Assembly (NCBI GenBank): GCA_963664435.2
Contig: CAXXKM010000002.1
Coordinates: 672,001-736,000 of the forward strand
Source: Longimicrobiales bacterium
GTDB lineage: Bacteria; Gemmatimonadota; Gemmatimonadetes; Longimicrobiales; Gaopeijiaceae
Reading direction: 5' to 3'
Length of the DNA: 64,000 nucleotides
Shown here: positions 36,832 through 45,699 of the stretch, in pieces
Layout: each line of letters starts with the position of its first letter
Position numbering within the stretch: the stretch's first letter is position 1
Made by a program: the position numbers and the translations under genes
The notes under the pieces: generated by a model
Seen by the model: the letters and a program-made list of their open reading frames with translations, nothing else
Database searches by the model: none
What the model was told of the DNA's origin: nothing

Positions 36832-39048
36832 CTAGAAGACGACCCTGTATGCCACGCTGATGGATCTCCCCGCTTCGGGCATGATTTCCTTTACGCGCGA
36901 CAGGTGGTTCCTGTACTCGGCATTGCCAAGATTCTCTCCCCGCACGGTGATCACGTTCAGCCGCCCCCTGACCGTGATCCGAATTCCGGCGGAGAGATCG
37001 AAAACAGCATATCCGTCCGTTGCGCTCTCGAAGGGGCCGGTCCGGTCCTGGCGAGCGGCAACCCGGGTTTCGGCCTCCACGAACCAGGCGCGCGGCGCGT
37101 AGCCGACGGCGAAACGCCCTTGCAGTGGCGGGATCAGGGGAAGCGGCTCATCGGTCGCCTTGATCCTGCCGCGGACGTGGGAAGCCACCGCTTCCACGGT
37201 CAGATCGCCGACCACTACCCATTCCAGGGCGCTCTCGAAACCGTTGAGCACGGCGTCGTCTCCGTGAAACTGGAAGATGGGCAGCCGCACTCGGCTCAAC
37301 TCTCCCGTTTCCAGGGGGAAGACATACCCCGAGATTGCGTTGTGGAACACGGTCATCTCGGCGTTGAGCCGGTCCCCCGTAAAGCGCACGAACATGTCGA
37401 TGCCGGTGCCGCGTTCGGTTTCGAGCGACGGGTTTCCCACTTCGAAGGCATAGGCCGCCAGGTGCGGACCCTCGGAGAAGAGTTCGTTGACGCTCGGGGT
37501 GCGGAAGGCCCGGGCGACGGAGGCGCCCACCGTGAAGTTCCGGGTCAACCGTCCGAGTGCCCCCAGCGATCCGGATGCCGCGCCGAACGATCGCGCGCGG
37601 ATGTGGCCTATATCGGATGAGGGATCCTCCCGATCCGGCCGCACGCGCGCCCAGTCGTAGCGAAGGCCGGCTTCCACGCGTATCGGATCCAGATCGATTT
37701 CTTCCAGCGCGTAGGCGGCGAAGGAGGCGTGGGTGGAGTTCGGGGTGTACAATCCGCCGCCGAAGCCGAAGCTCTCCCAGGAAGCCCGCGTTCCCACTCC
37801 CCCCGAAGTGAACGGTCCCCAGTCCGCGTGGCGGGCCAGGATCTCGCCGCTGACCGTCTGGCGCTCAAAGAGCGTCCCCAGAATATCGGGGGGTTCGATC
37901 TCCTTGTGCCGGTACCAGGTGTAGCCTGCGTCGATCTCGATGGTCTCGAAGACCCCATCGGACCTGACCAGGCTCCTGAGCCGGGTTGCGGTCCGCTCCA
38001 TTTCGACGCGAACCCCGGCTTCGTGACCCCCGATGAATCCTCCAGGGATGCCGTAGTCGTTGTCGTAGTAGCGGAAGGTGGCGCCGGCGTGGCCCCAGTC
38101 GTCCACCCAGGATGTTCCACCCGAGAACTCCAGGACATCGGTGCCGGTGTTCCGGAGCACTCCGGCCGGGGTCTTCAGGTCGCCGCTGGTGCGGCGCGCG
38201 AACTCCAGCCGCACGGGGATATGGTCGGTCAGGCCATACGTGGCACTCAGGCTACCGCCGGCCGCGTTGCTGACGCTTTGTCCCTGGAGGGTGAAGGCCC
38301 CGGTGAGGTGGTGGGGCACAGAGGCGGGCACGTCGTCGCGCACGACGTTGATGATGCCCCCGAGGGCGTTGCTCCCGTAGAGGATCGCGCCCGGTCCGCG
38401 GATGACCTCGACCCGGCGCGCCGACGAGGCGTCGATTGCCGTGGCGTGGTCGGGACCGCTCGCGAACTGGTCGCCCACCCTCTGTCCATCCTCGAGCATG
38501 AGGATGCGGTCCCCGCTGAGGCCCCGGATCACCGGGTGCGCGGAACCCGGTCCCATGCTGCTCACGGCGAGCCCGGGTTCGGAGGCCAGCGTTTCCGCCA
38601 GGGTCCCGGCCAGGCGACGCTGCAGCTCTTCTCCCGCGAATACGCTGGCCGGCCGCAACACCTCGTTGGCCGCGCGCGCCACCAGCGACCCGGTGACCAC
38701 GACGGGCGGCAGCGAGATGGGGTTGGCTTCCATCTCCACCACCACGATCTCATCGCTCGACGCGTCCACTTCAAGCGAAATCGTGCGATAGCCCAGGCGC
38801 TCGACCCGCACCGTGTAGATGCGCAGACCCGGCACGGGCACGTGGAACGTGCCGTCGCCATGGGAGACTGCCATGGCGGCCGCGGCGCCGATCGACACTA
38901 CGGCGCCGGCGAGGGGCTCGTTCGAGTCGACGTCGCGTACGACGCCCTCGATCTCGCCCTCGTGCTCGACCTGCGCGGACGAGCCTGCGGCCCCGAGAGC
39001 CATTGCCAGAACTGCCGGAATGGAACCGGTCAGTCGCCTCAGTTTCAT
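36832..39048 (-). CDS. TonB-dependent receptor (metal-uptake type)
   Basis: Signal peptide, PVIRGLSGDR, EVIRGPGAILYGSNALGG, EGPHLA loop, C-terminal F. Confidence 0.93.
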   Translation of the reverse strand: MKLRRLTGSIPAVLAMALGAAGSSAQVEHEGEIEGVVRDVDSNEPLAGAVVSIGAAAAMAVSHGDGTFHVPVPGLRIYTVRVERLGYRTISLEVDASSDEIVVVEMEANPISLPPVVVTGSLVARAANEVLRPASVFAGEELQRRLAGTLAETLASEPGLAVSSMGPGSAHPVIRGLSGDRILMLEDGQRVGDQFASGPDHATAIDASSARRVEVIRGPGAILYGSNALGGIINVVRDDVPASVPHHLTGAFTLQGQSVSNAAGGSLSATYGLTDHIPVRLEFARRTSGDLKTPAGVLRNTGTDVLEFSGGTSWVDDWGHAGATFRYYDNDYGIPGGFIGGHEAGVRVEMERTATRLRSLVRSDGVFETIEIDAGYTWYRHKEIEPPDILGTLFERQTVSGEILARHADWGPFTSGGVGTRASWESFGFGGGLYTPNSTHASFAAYALEEIDLDPIRVEAGLRYDWARVRPDREDPSSDIGHIRARSFGAASGSLGALGRLTRNFTVGASVARAFRTPSVNELFSEGPHLAAYAFEVGNPSLETERGTGIDMFVRFTGDRLNAEMTVFHNAISGYVFPLETGELSRVRLPIFQFHGDDAVLNGFESALEWVVVGDLTVEAVASHVRGRIKATDEPLPLIPPLQGRFAVGYAPRAWFVEAETRVAARQDRTGPFESATDGYAVFDLSAGIRITVRGRLNVITVRGENLGNAEYRNHLSRVKEIMPEAGRSISVAYRVVF

Positions 39049-39209
39049 GGACAGCCTTCTTCCAGCCGCACCGACGTGCCTCTCGCTCCTTGCGCCAGGC
39101 TCCGCGGTGCGACTCGCCGAAATGCTTCAGCGGTTAGCGCGAATTACGGGATGGGTTGTTGCCGCGTAATGAGCGGACTGGGGTTCCGGGACAACCAGCC
39201 CGGAAGGCG

Positions 39210-39584
39210 TCAGGCCCGGGGAGGGGCCCTCGGACCGCTGCCGCCGGGCGGAATCGGGCGGTTTTGCCAGGCGGATGCGGTCGGGGTGTCCATGCTGGTT
39301 TCGAATACCAGCGGGAGGTCGATCAGAACGAGGGGGGGAACCCTCGACGACAACGTGCGCGTCAGCTGGCACAGCAGGTGGCTGTGTCCCGTATCGCAGT
39401 GCTCGCTGTTCTCCCCTTCAATATGCACACCGGTGCTCAGCCCTCTGGCTTCGAGCACCGCATCCGCCGAAGGAAGACCGGCGAACGCGGCGAACTGAAC
39501 CAGCGAGAGGGAGAGAACGCCGAAGCGGCGAAGGTCCCGCGATCGAGGAGAAATCGGCTTCACAACTATGCCGGCTGGGTACAT
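39210..39584 (-). CDS. Upstream ORF with His/Cys motif and C-terminal RAPP (DUF2946/CruR-like arrest peptide)
   Basis: Hydrophobic N-terminal segment, HCDTGHSHLLC, ends GPRAPPRA*; lies directly upstream of the TonB receptor; start ATG 39584 or GTG 39563. Confidence 0.7.
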   Translation of the reverse strand: MYPAGIVVKPISPRSRDLRRFGVLSLSLVQFAAFAGLPSADAVLEARGLSTGVHIEGENSEHCDTGHSHLLCQLTRTLSSRVPPLVLIDLPLVFETSMDTPTASAWQNRPIPPGGSGPRAPPRA

Positions 39585-39753
39585 CCGGGTGCGGCAGGAG
39601 AGCACTCCGGCCTGATGCAGCAAGCTGCGTTCGGCGGCGGAAGGTGTCAAGACGACAACGCGTGGTTTGACCCCCGCCGGCATCCGGCCCACAATACCCG
39701 GATCCCCGCCTTCGGGGACGGGGGGACGGAGTCACCTGAGAGGAGCGGACGAA

Positions 39754-40650
39754 ATGAAACCGGCGAAATGGATACTCGGACTACTGGTGGTCATCCTGCT
39801 TCCGGCTTCACCGGCGGAGGCCCAGGGGCGCCGCAACCTGACCCCGGAGCAGCAGGCCGAACGGCAGCGGCGCATGGAGGAGATGAGAGTTGCCGCGCGG
39901 CCCATCGAGGGCATCAACTCCATCTGGATCGACGAGTTGACGTGGATGGAGGTGCGCGACGAGATCGCCTCCGGGAAGACCATCGGCATCATCGCCACCG
40001 GCGGCGTCGAGCAGAACGGCCCCTATATGGCGGGCGGAAAGCACAACTACGTGCTCGAGGCGATGTGCGATGCGATCGCGCGCGAACTTGGCAACGCGCT
40101 GTGCGCACCGGTCATGAAGTACGTACCCGAGGGCGACCCCGAGAACATCCGGTATCCGGGCACCCTCAGCGTGCGCCAGGAAACCTTCCGCATGGTGCTC
40201 GAGGATGTGGCCAACAGCCTGAAGAGCCAGGGGTTCACCGATGTCGTCTTCATCGGGGACAGCGGCGGCAACCAGAACGGCATGTCGGACACGGCGGAGA
40301 AACTCAACGAGTACTGGGGCGGCACGGCGCGGGCCCACTACATCGAGGAGTATTATCGGGAAGACATCTGGAGCTGCGTATTCCTCGAGGAGGAGCTCGG
40401 GATCTTCCAGAAGCCCGATTTCTGCTCCGCCACGCGCGACATTTACCACGACGACGTGCACTACTCGTCGATCGTGGCCACCACCGACCCGGATCGCATC
40501 CGCGCGCGGCAGCGCATGGAGGAGGGGCTCTACTCGATCAACGAGGTGGAGCTGGGGCCGGTGGAGCGGACCATCGAGATCGGCGAGAGGCTGATCGAAT
40601 ACCGGACGGAGATCACCGTGCGGGCGATTCGCGAGAGCATGGGGCGGTAG
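39754..40650 (+). CDS. Creatininase-family protein, exported
   Basis: Signal peptide (AEA-Q); DELTWMEV, ATGGVEQNGP, YPGTLSV, IGDSGGN; ATG follows AGGAG. Confidence 0.85.
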   Translation: MKPAKWILGLLVVILLPASPAEAQGRRNLTPEQQAERQRRMEEMRVAARPIEGINSIWIDELTWMEVRDEIASGKTIGIIATGGVEQNGPYMAGGKHNYVLEAMCDAIARELGNALCAPVMKYVPEGDPENIRYPGTLSVRQETFRMVLEDVANSLKSQGFTDVVFIGDSGGNQNGMSDTAEKLNEYWGGTARAHYIEEYYREDIWSCVFLEEELGIFQKPDFCSATRDIYHDDVHYSSIVATTDPDRIRARQRMEEGLYSINEVELGPVERTIEIGERLIEYRTEITVRAIRESMGR

Positions 40651-40667
40651 TCCGCCGGGCTCGGCTC

Positions 40668-42290
40668 CTATCCGAGCGAGGGCGCGAAGGTCGGCGCCCG
40701 GCGGTGCTGCGTGGCCTGCTCGAAGGCGTAGGCGATGCGGATCAGCACGGGCTCGCTCCACGCGCGTCCGAAGAAGGAGACGCCCGCCGGCAGCCCCGAC
40801 ACGAACCCCATGGGCACGCTTATGTCCGGGTACCCCGCGATGGCGGCCGGCCCGGCGCTGCTCCCGCCGTCCAGGCGGTCCCCCTTGATGTGGTCGGTGG
40901 TCCAGGGGAGGTCGCGTGTGGGAGCCACGATGGCGTCCAGCTGGTGCTCGTTCATCAGGGCATCGATGCCCTCTTCCCGGTTGCCGAGCTGGATGGTGCG
41001 CACCGCGTTCAGGTAGACCTCGTCAGTGAGGGGGCCGCGCGCCTGTGACGCGATCATGCGCTGCTGGCCGAAGTACGGCATCTCCAGCTCGGCATTCTGC
41101 TCGTTGAACTCGATGATCTCCGCCAGCGTGCGCATCGGCGCGTCCGGTCCCAGCGTCGCCAGGTAGGCGTTTAAGTCGGCCTTGAACTCGTATTCAAGAA
41201 CGATGAGGGGGAGTTCGTCTCTCCAGTTGGCCACGGGGAGGTTGGCGGGGTCCACGATCACGGCGCCCGCGTCCCGCATCGCCAGGATGGCATCCTCGAA
41301 GAGCGCCATGACGCGCGGATCGAAGCCGGTGAAGGAGCGCGCCACGCCGATGCGGGCTCCCTGGAGGCCGGCGGGGTCGAGAAAGCGGGTGTAGTCGGTC
41401 TGGAAGTTCCCTTCGCTGCGGGAGGTGGCCTCGTCGCGCGGGTCGACCCCCACGGCTCCCCCCAGGAGGATGGCGGCGTCGCGCACCGTGCGGGTCATGG
41501 GCCCCGCGGTATCCTGGGAGTGGGAGATGGGGATGATGCCGGAGCGGCTCCACAGGCCCACCGTGGGCTTGATGCCCACAATGCCGTTGCTGGAGGAGGG
41601 GCACATGATGGAGCCGCCGGTCTCGGTGCCGACGGTGAGGGCGCACAGGCTGGCCGACGCCGCCACCCCGGATCCGGAGCTGGAGCCGCAGGGGTTGCGG
41701 TTGAGGGCGTAGGGGTTCACGCATTGACCGCCGCGCGCGCTCCAGCCGCTGGTGGCCCGCTCGCCCCGGAAGTAGGCCCACTCGCTCATGTTGGCCTTGC
41801 CCAGCAGGATGGCTCCCGCGGCGCGCAGGCGCTCGGCCACGAAGGAGTCGCGCGGCGGGATGGATCCCTCGAGCGCGAGCGACCCGGCCGTGGTGGTCAT
41901 GCGGTCATGGGTGTCGAGGTTGTCCTTGAGGGCGACCGGGATCCCGTGCAGCGGCCCGCGCGCCCCGTTGGCGCGGCGCTCGGCGTCGAGTTCGTCGGCG
42001 ATCTCGAGCGCGTCCGGGTTGATTTCGATCATCGAGCGCAGTTCCGGGCCCTGCCGGTCCATGGCCTCGATGCGATCGATGTATGCCTGCGCGATGGAGC
42101 GCGCGGTGTGCTCCCCCGACTCCATCATGCGCTGCAGGTCGTCGACCGTGACTTCGTCGAACTCGAAGGGTGGGACCTCGCTTCCACCGGAGGCGGCGGG
42201 CGCATCGGGGGCGGGCGGCGAACACGCGGAGGTCATCGCCAGGCCCGCGCTGCCGGCTGCTGTCGTGCCAATGAATGTTCTACGGTCCAT
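40668..42290 (-). CDS. Amidase signature family, Tat lipoprotein
   Basis: MDRRTFIG...TSAC; LHGIPVALKDN, CGSSSGS, GTETGGSI. Confidence 0.92.
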   Translation of the reverse strand: MDRRTFIGTTAAGSAGLAMTSACSPPAPDAPAASGGSEVPPFEFDEVTVDDLQRMMESGEHTARSIAQAYIDRIEAMDRQGPELRSMIEINPDALEIADELDAERRANGARGPLHGIPVALKDNLDTHDRMTTTAGSLALEGSIPPRDSFVAERLRAAGAILLGKANMSEWAYFRGERATSGWSARGGQCVNPYALNRNPCGSSSGSGVAASASLCALTVGTETGGSIMCPSSSNGIVGIKPTVGLWSRSGIIPISHSQDTAGPMTRTVRDAAILLGGAVGVDPRDEATSRSEGNFQTDYTRFLDPAGLQGARIGVARSFTGFDPRVMALFEDAILAMRDAGAVIVDPANLPVANWRDELPLIVLEYEFKADLNAYLATLGPDAPMRTLAEIIEFNEQNAELEMPYFGQQRMIASQARGPLTDEVYLNAVRTIQLGNREEGIDALMNEHQLDAIVAPTRDLPWTTDHIKGDRLDGGSSAGPAAIAGYPDISVPMGFVSGLPAGVSFFGRAWSEPVLIRIAYAFEQATQHRRAPTFAPSLG

Positions 42291-42480
42291 TCTCGATCTC
42301 CTCGTCGGTGGCTGGCGTTGGCGCGTGGCGTTGGAAGCCGCCCGGGAAACGGGACGGGCCGGCCCCGAGGCCGGGATTACCCCCGGTCCAGGCCCGGCCG
42401 CGTCGCCGATGGATGTCGCGTCTGGGTGTGTTCCTCCGCCCGCCGCTCGCGACCCGGCGGCGGCTGGCGGACACTCGCCG

Positions 42481-44268
42481 CTATCGGTTTCCGATCCTCT
42501 CCTCGATGAGGCGCGCGGTGCGTTCGGCGCGGGCGTCGGAAATCTGGCGTGCGACCTCGAGCGACGCGCCCAGATCGGCGATCGAGACCCCGTTGATGAC
42601 CGCCTGTCCCGTCTTCACGCGTTCGGCCCAGCGCACCGAGGCCGGGTCGTCGAGCATCATGTTCAGCGTAATTCCGGGGCTGTCGTGCAGCCCGTCGCGC
42701 GGCATGTCGTCGGTTACGATGCCCAGGTCGCGCAGCACGTTGGGCGTGCCCGGCGGGGTCCGGTAGTACTCCGGGATGAAGTGGACGGCCGCCTCATCGC
42801 CCCAGGCCTGGTTCAGCGCGTTGGCCACGTTGTCCATGCCGCGCTGGTTGCCGCCGCTGTCGCCGATCAGGACGATGTTCTCGAAGCCGTGCATCTTCAG
42901 GCTGTGGGCAACGTCGGTCAGCACCGCCTCGAAGGTCTCCTGGCGCAGGCTGATGGTGCCCGGGCTGGTCATGTGGCCGCTGGGCGGCTCGATGTTGCCT
43001 TCGGGAACGGTCTCGATCACGGGGGCGCAAAGCGCGTTGCCGAGCTTCTTCGCGATCGCGGGGCAGTTGGCGCGCAGCACGTAGTTGTGCTTGCCGGTGA
43101 CCAGCCAGGGGCCGTTGGGCTCCACGCCGCCGGTCGAGATGATGGCCGTCGTCTTGCCGCCGGCGAGCGCGTCGCGGACGTCCATCCACGTCATCTCCTC
43201 GATCCAGAGCGTGCTCGTCTCGGGGAGCGGGTTGGGGGTGTCCGCGCAGTTGTAGGTGTTGGCGCGGCAGTCGCCTCCGCCCATGGAGCGCGGATCGGGT
43301 TCCGGGCGCTGCGCCGGCCCACCACCGGCGGCCCGCATGGCCTCGAAGCGGGCACGCATCGCGGACCGGTCGGGCGCGGGCAGGGTGCCCCGGTTGGCGA
43401 TGGCCTTGCGGATGGCGTCCGAGGTGTGTTCGGCGCGGAACTCCACGACCTCGCGGGCCCACTCGAGCGACTGGACCCGGTCCTCGAGGGAGACGCCGTT
43501 GATGGTCGCCTTGCCCGCCGCCACCCGCTCCTCGTAGCGCACCGAGAAGGGGTCGTCGTACAACATGTTCAGGGTGATGATCGGGTCGTCGTGCAGCCCG
43601 TCGCCTTCGCCGTCCTCGAGCCCCCGGAAGGCCATGTAGCGGGTTACGGAGTTGTAGTCGTAGTACTCCTGCACGTGCGCCACGACGGCGGCGCCCGCGA
43701 ACTGTTCGTTGAGCTTCTCGGCCACGGCGCGCTGACCGCCCTGATTCCCGCCGCTGTCGCCGATGAAGATGATGTTGCGGAAGCCGTGCATCTTCAGGCT
43801 GTGCGCGACATCGGTGAGCAGCGCCTCGAAGGTCTCCTGCTGCAGGCTGAGGGTGCCGGGGCTGGTCATGTGGCCGCTGGGCGGGTCGATGCTGCCCTCG
43901 GGCACCAGCTTGATGATCGGAGCGCACAGGGCATCGCCCAGCTCCCGGGCGATGGCGTCGCAGTTGGCGCGCAGCACGAAGTTGTGCTTGCCGGTGGCCA
44001 GCCAGGGGCCGTTGGGCTCGACGCCACCGGTCGGGATGATGGCCGTGGTCTTGCCGTCGGCGAGGGCGTCGCGGACGTCCATCCACGTCATCTCCTCGAT
44101 CCACACCGTGTTCGCCGCGGGAAGCGGGTTGGGCGTGTCGCGGCAGTTGTAGACGTTGGCGGCGCAGTCACCGCCGCCCATGCTGTTCGGATCGCGCTCG
44201 GGGCGCTGCTGGGCCATGGCGGCGGTCGAGGTGAGGAGCAGGGCTCCGGCGAGCAGGGCGGTCTTCAT
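42481..44268 (-). CDS. Tandem two-domain creatininase-family protein, exported
   Basis: Signal peptide (AMA-Q); two highly similar units, each with MGGGDC.AN.YNC.DTPNPLP, EEMTWMDV, TGGVEPNGPW, IGDSGGN. Confidence 0.88.
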   Translation of the reverse strand: MKTALLAGALLLTSTAAMAQQRPERDPNSMGGGDCAANVYNCRDTPNPLPAANTVWIEEMTWMDVRDALADGKTTAIIPTGGVEPNGPWLATGKHNFVLRANCDAIARELGDALCAPIIKLVPEGSIDPPSGHMTSPGTLSLQQETFEALLTDVAHSLKMHGFRNIIFIGDSGGNQGGQRAVAEKLNEQFAGAAVVAHVQEYYDYNSVTRYMAFRGLEDGEGDGLHDDPIITLNMLYDDPFSVRYEERVAAGKATINGVSLEDRVQSLEWAREVVEFRAEHTSDAIRKAIANRGTLPAPDRSAMRARFEAMRAAGGGPAQRPEPDPRSMGGGDCRANTYNCADTPNPLPETSTLWIEEMTWMDVRDALAGGKTTAIISTGGVEPNGPWLVTGKHNYVLRANCPAIAKKLGNALCAPVIETVPEGNIEPPSGHMTSPGTISLRQETFEAVLTDVAHSLKMHGFENIVLIGDSGGNQRGMDNVANALNQAWGDEAAVHFIPEYYRTPPGTPNVLRDLGIVTDDMPRDGLHDSPGITLNMMLDDPASVRWAERVKTGQAVINGVSIADLGASLEVARQISDARAERTARLIEERIGNR

Positions 44269-44435
44269 GATCCTTCCTCCTGGTTCCGATGGGTGCACGA
44301 GCATGAACGAACCGCGTGCACGCAGAAGCACATCGTACATCATGGGTGGTTTCGGTGCGAGTTCCCCGCGTAACCAGGGACAGGGGAAAACCGCATAACG
44401 TTCGTTGGTGGCCCGTCGGGAGACGGATCGTCGGA

Positions 44436-45608
44436 TCACCCCTCGTGAATCTCCGCCGCGGCGCGGAGACCCGACTCGAGTGCGCCGTTCATCCATCCGC
44501 GCGCACCGGAAAGGTGCTCGCCCGCGAAATGGATCGGCCCCTCGGGCAAGGCGAGCGCGCTGCCGAGTTCGCGATCCTGGTCCGGCGTGGGCTCGGCCCA
44601 GGCGCCCCGGCTCCAGCGGTCCTGCTGCCAGGAGTGGGATGTGCCGGAGGCGAAGTGGCTGGAGGCACCCGGAAGGAGCGGTTCCCAGTGGGAGAGCACG
44701 CGGGCGACGCGGGCGGGGTCGTCCAGTCCATCGAGTTCCCGGGCGCGCGCGCCGCGGACGTAGGTAAGCAGGACGCCTTCGGGGCCGGCGGTATCCCAGG
44801 TGGGATGCCAGAGTTCTTCCGGCCAATCGGTCGTCCCCCACCCGTTCAGTCCTTCGGCCTCCCAGAACCGCGTCCGGAAGCGGACGAAGACCCGGGTCGC
44901 GCTCTGGTAGCGGAAGCCGCCACCCATCGCCTCGGATTTCGCAGCCGAGAGGGCCGGCGAGAAGTGGATGTTCGAGAGAAGCGGCACCGGGACGGTCACG
45001 AGCACACGGTCCGACTCCCGGGTCCGGCCGTCCATGGAAGTGGTGCGGACCGGGGTGCCCGCCGTGATGTCGACTACGGGCGATCCCAGGACCACCCGCT
45101 CGCCCAGCGCTGATCGGAAGGCGTCGGGAAGGCGATCGCTCCCGCCGTGGATCTTGACGTAATCCGGGCGCTCGGAAAGGAAGGAGGATGCGGGAACGAT
45201 TGCCCGATCTCCGCTTCGGACTTGAAGATAGAGCCCGTCGTCGGGGTAGAGGCGGTCCAGCTCCAGCCCGAAGTGGCGGGCGTATCCGAGGGTCAGGCCG
45301 TGTTCGGGGGGGATGCGCGCGGCGCCCGCCTCGGCCGATTGCCCGGGCGCGAACGGGGTGCGCAGCGTCAGCACCCGCCCGCCGACGCGGTCACGGGCTT
45401 CCAGCACGGTCACGTCGTGGCCTGCCCGGACGAGTTCGTAGGCCGCGCCGAGGCCGGAAATGCCGGCGCCGACCACGACGACGCGCAGAGGCCGGGCCGC
45501 GGGGGTCAGTACTCCGGGCGATTCCTCCGGCCCGACGAGATCCGTGCAGGAGACCAGGCCGAGCCCCGCCAGGCCGCCGGCGCGGAGAAGGAAGTCGCGT
45601 CGATTCAT
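44436..45608 (-). CDS. Flavin-dependent amine oxidase family, Tat lipoprotein
   Basis: MNRRDFLL...[44 protein letters not shown]. Confidence 0.9.
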   Translation of the reverse strand: MNRRDFLLRAGGLAGLGLVSCTDLVGPEESPGVLTPAARPLRVVVVGAGISGLGAAYELVRAGHDVTVLEARDRVGGRVLTLRTPFAPGQSAEAGAARIPPEHGLTLGYARHFGLELDRLYPDDGLYLQVRSGDRAIVPASSFLSERPDYVKIHGGSDRLPDAFRSALGERVVLGSPVVDITAGTPVRTTSMDGRTRESDRVLVTVPVPLLSNIHFSPALSAAKSEAMGGGFRYQSATRVFVRFRTRFWEAEGLNGWGTTDWPEELWHPTWDTAGPEGVLLTYVRGARARELDGLDDPARVARVLSHWEPLLPGASSHFASGTSHSWQQDRWSRGAWAEPTPDQDRELGSALALPEGPIHFAGEHLSGARGWMNGALESGLRAAAEIHEG

Positions 45609-45699
45609 GCGTTGCATCTGCGCTCTATGCGCGTTCACTTCATGAGTTCCGCCGCTCGCCGTCCGTTTCGTCCGCGAACTCCCTCCAGGAAGACATCAG

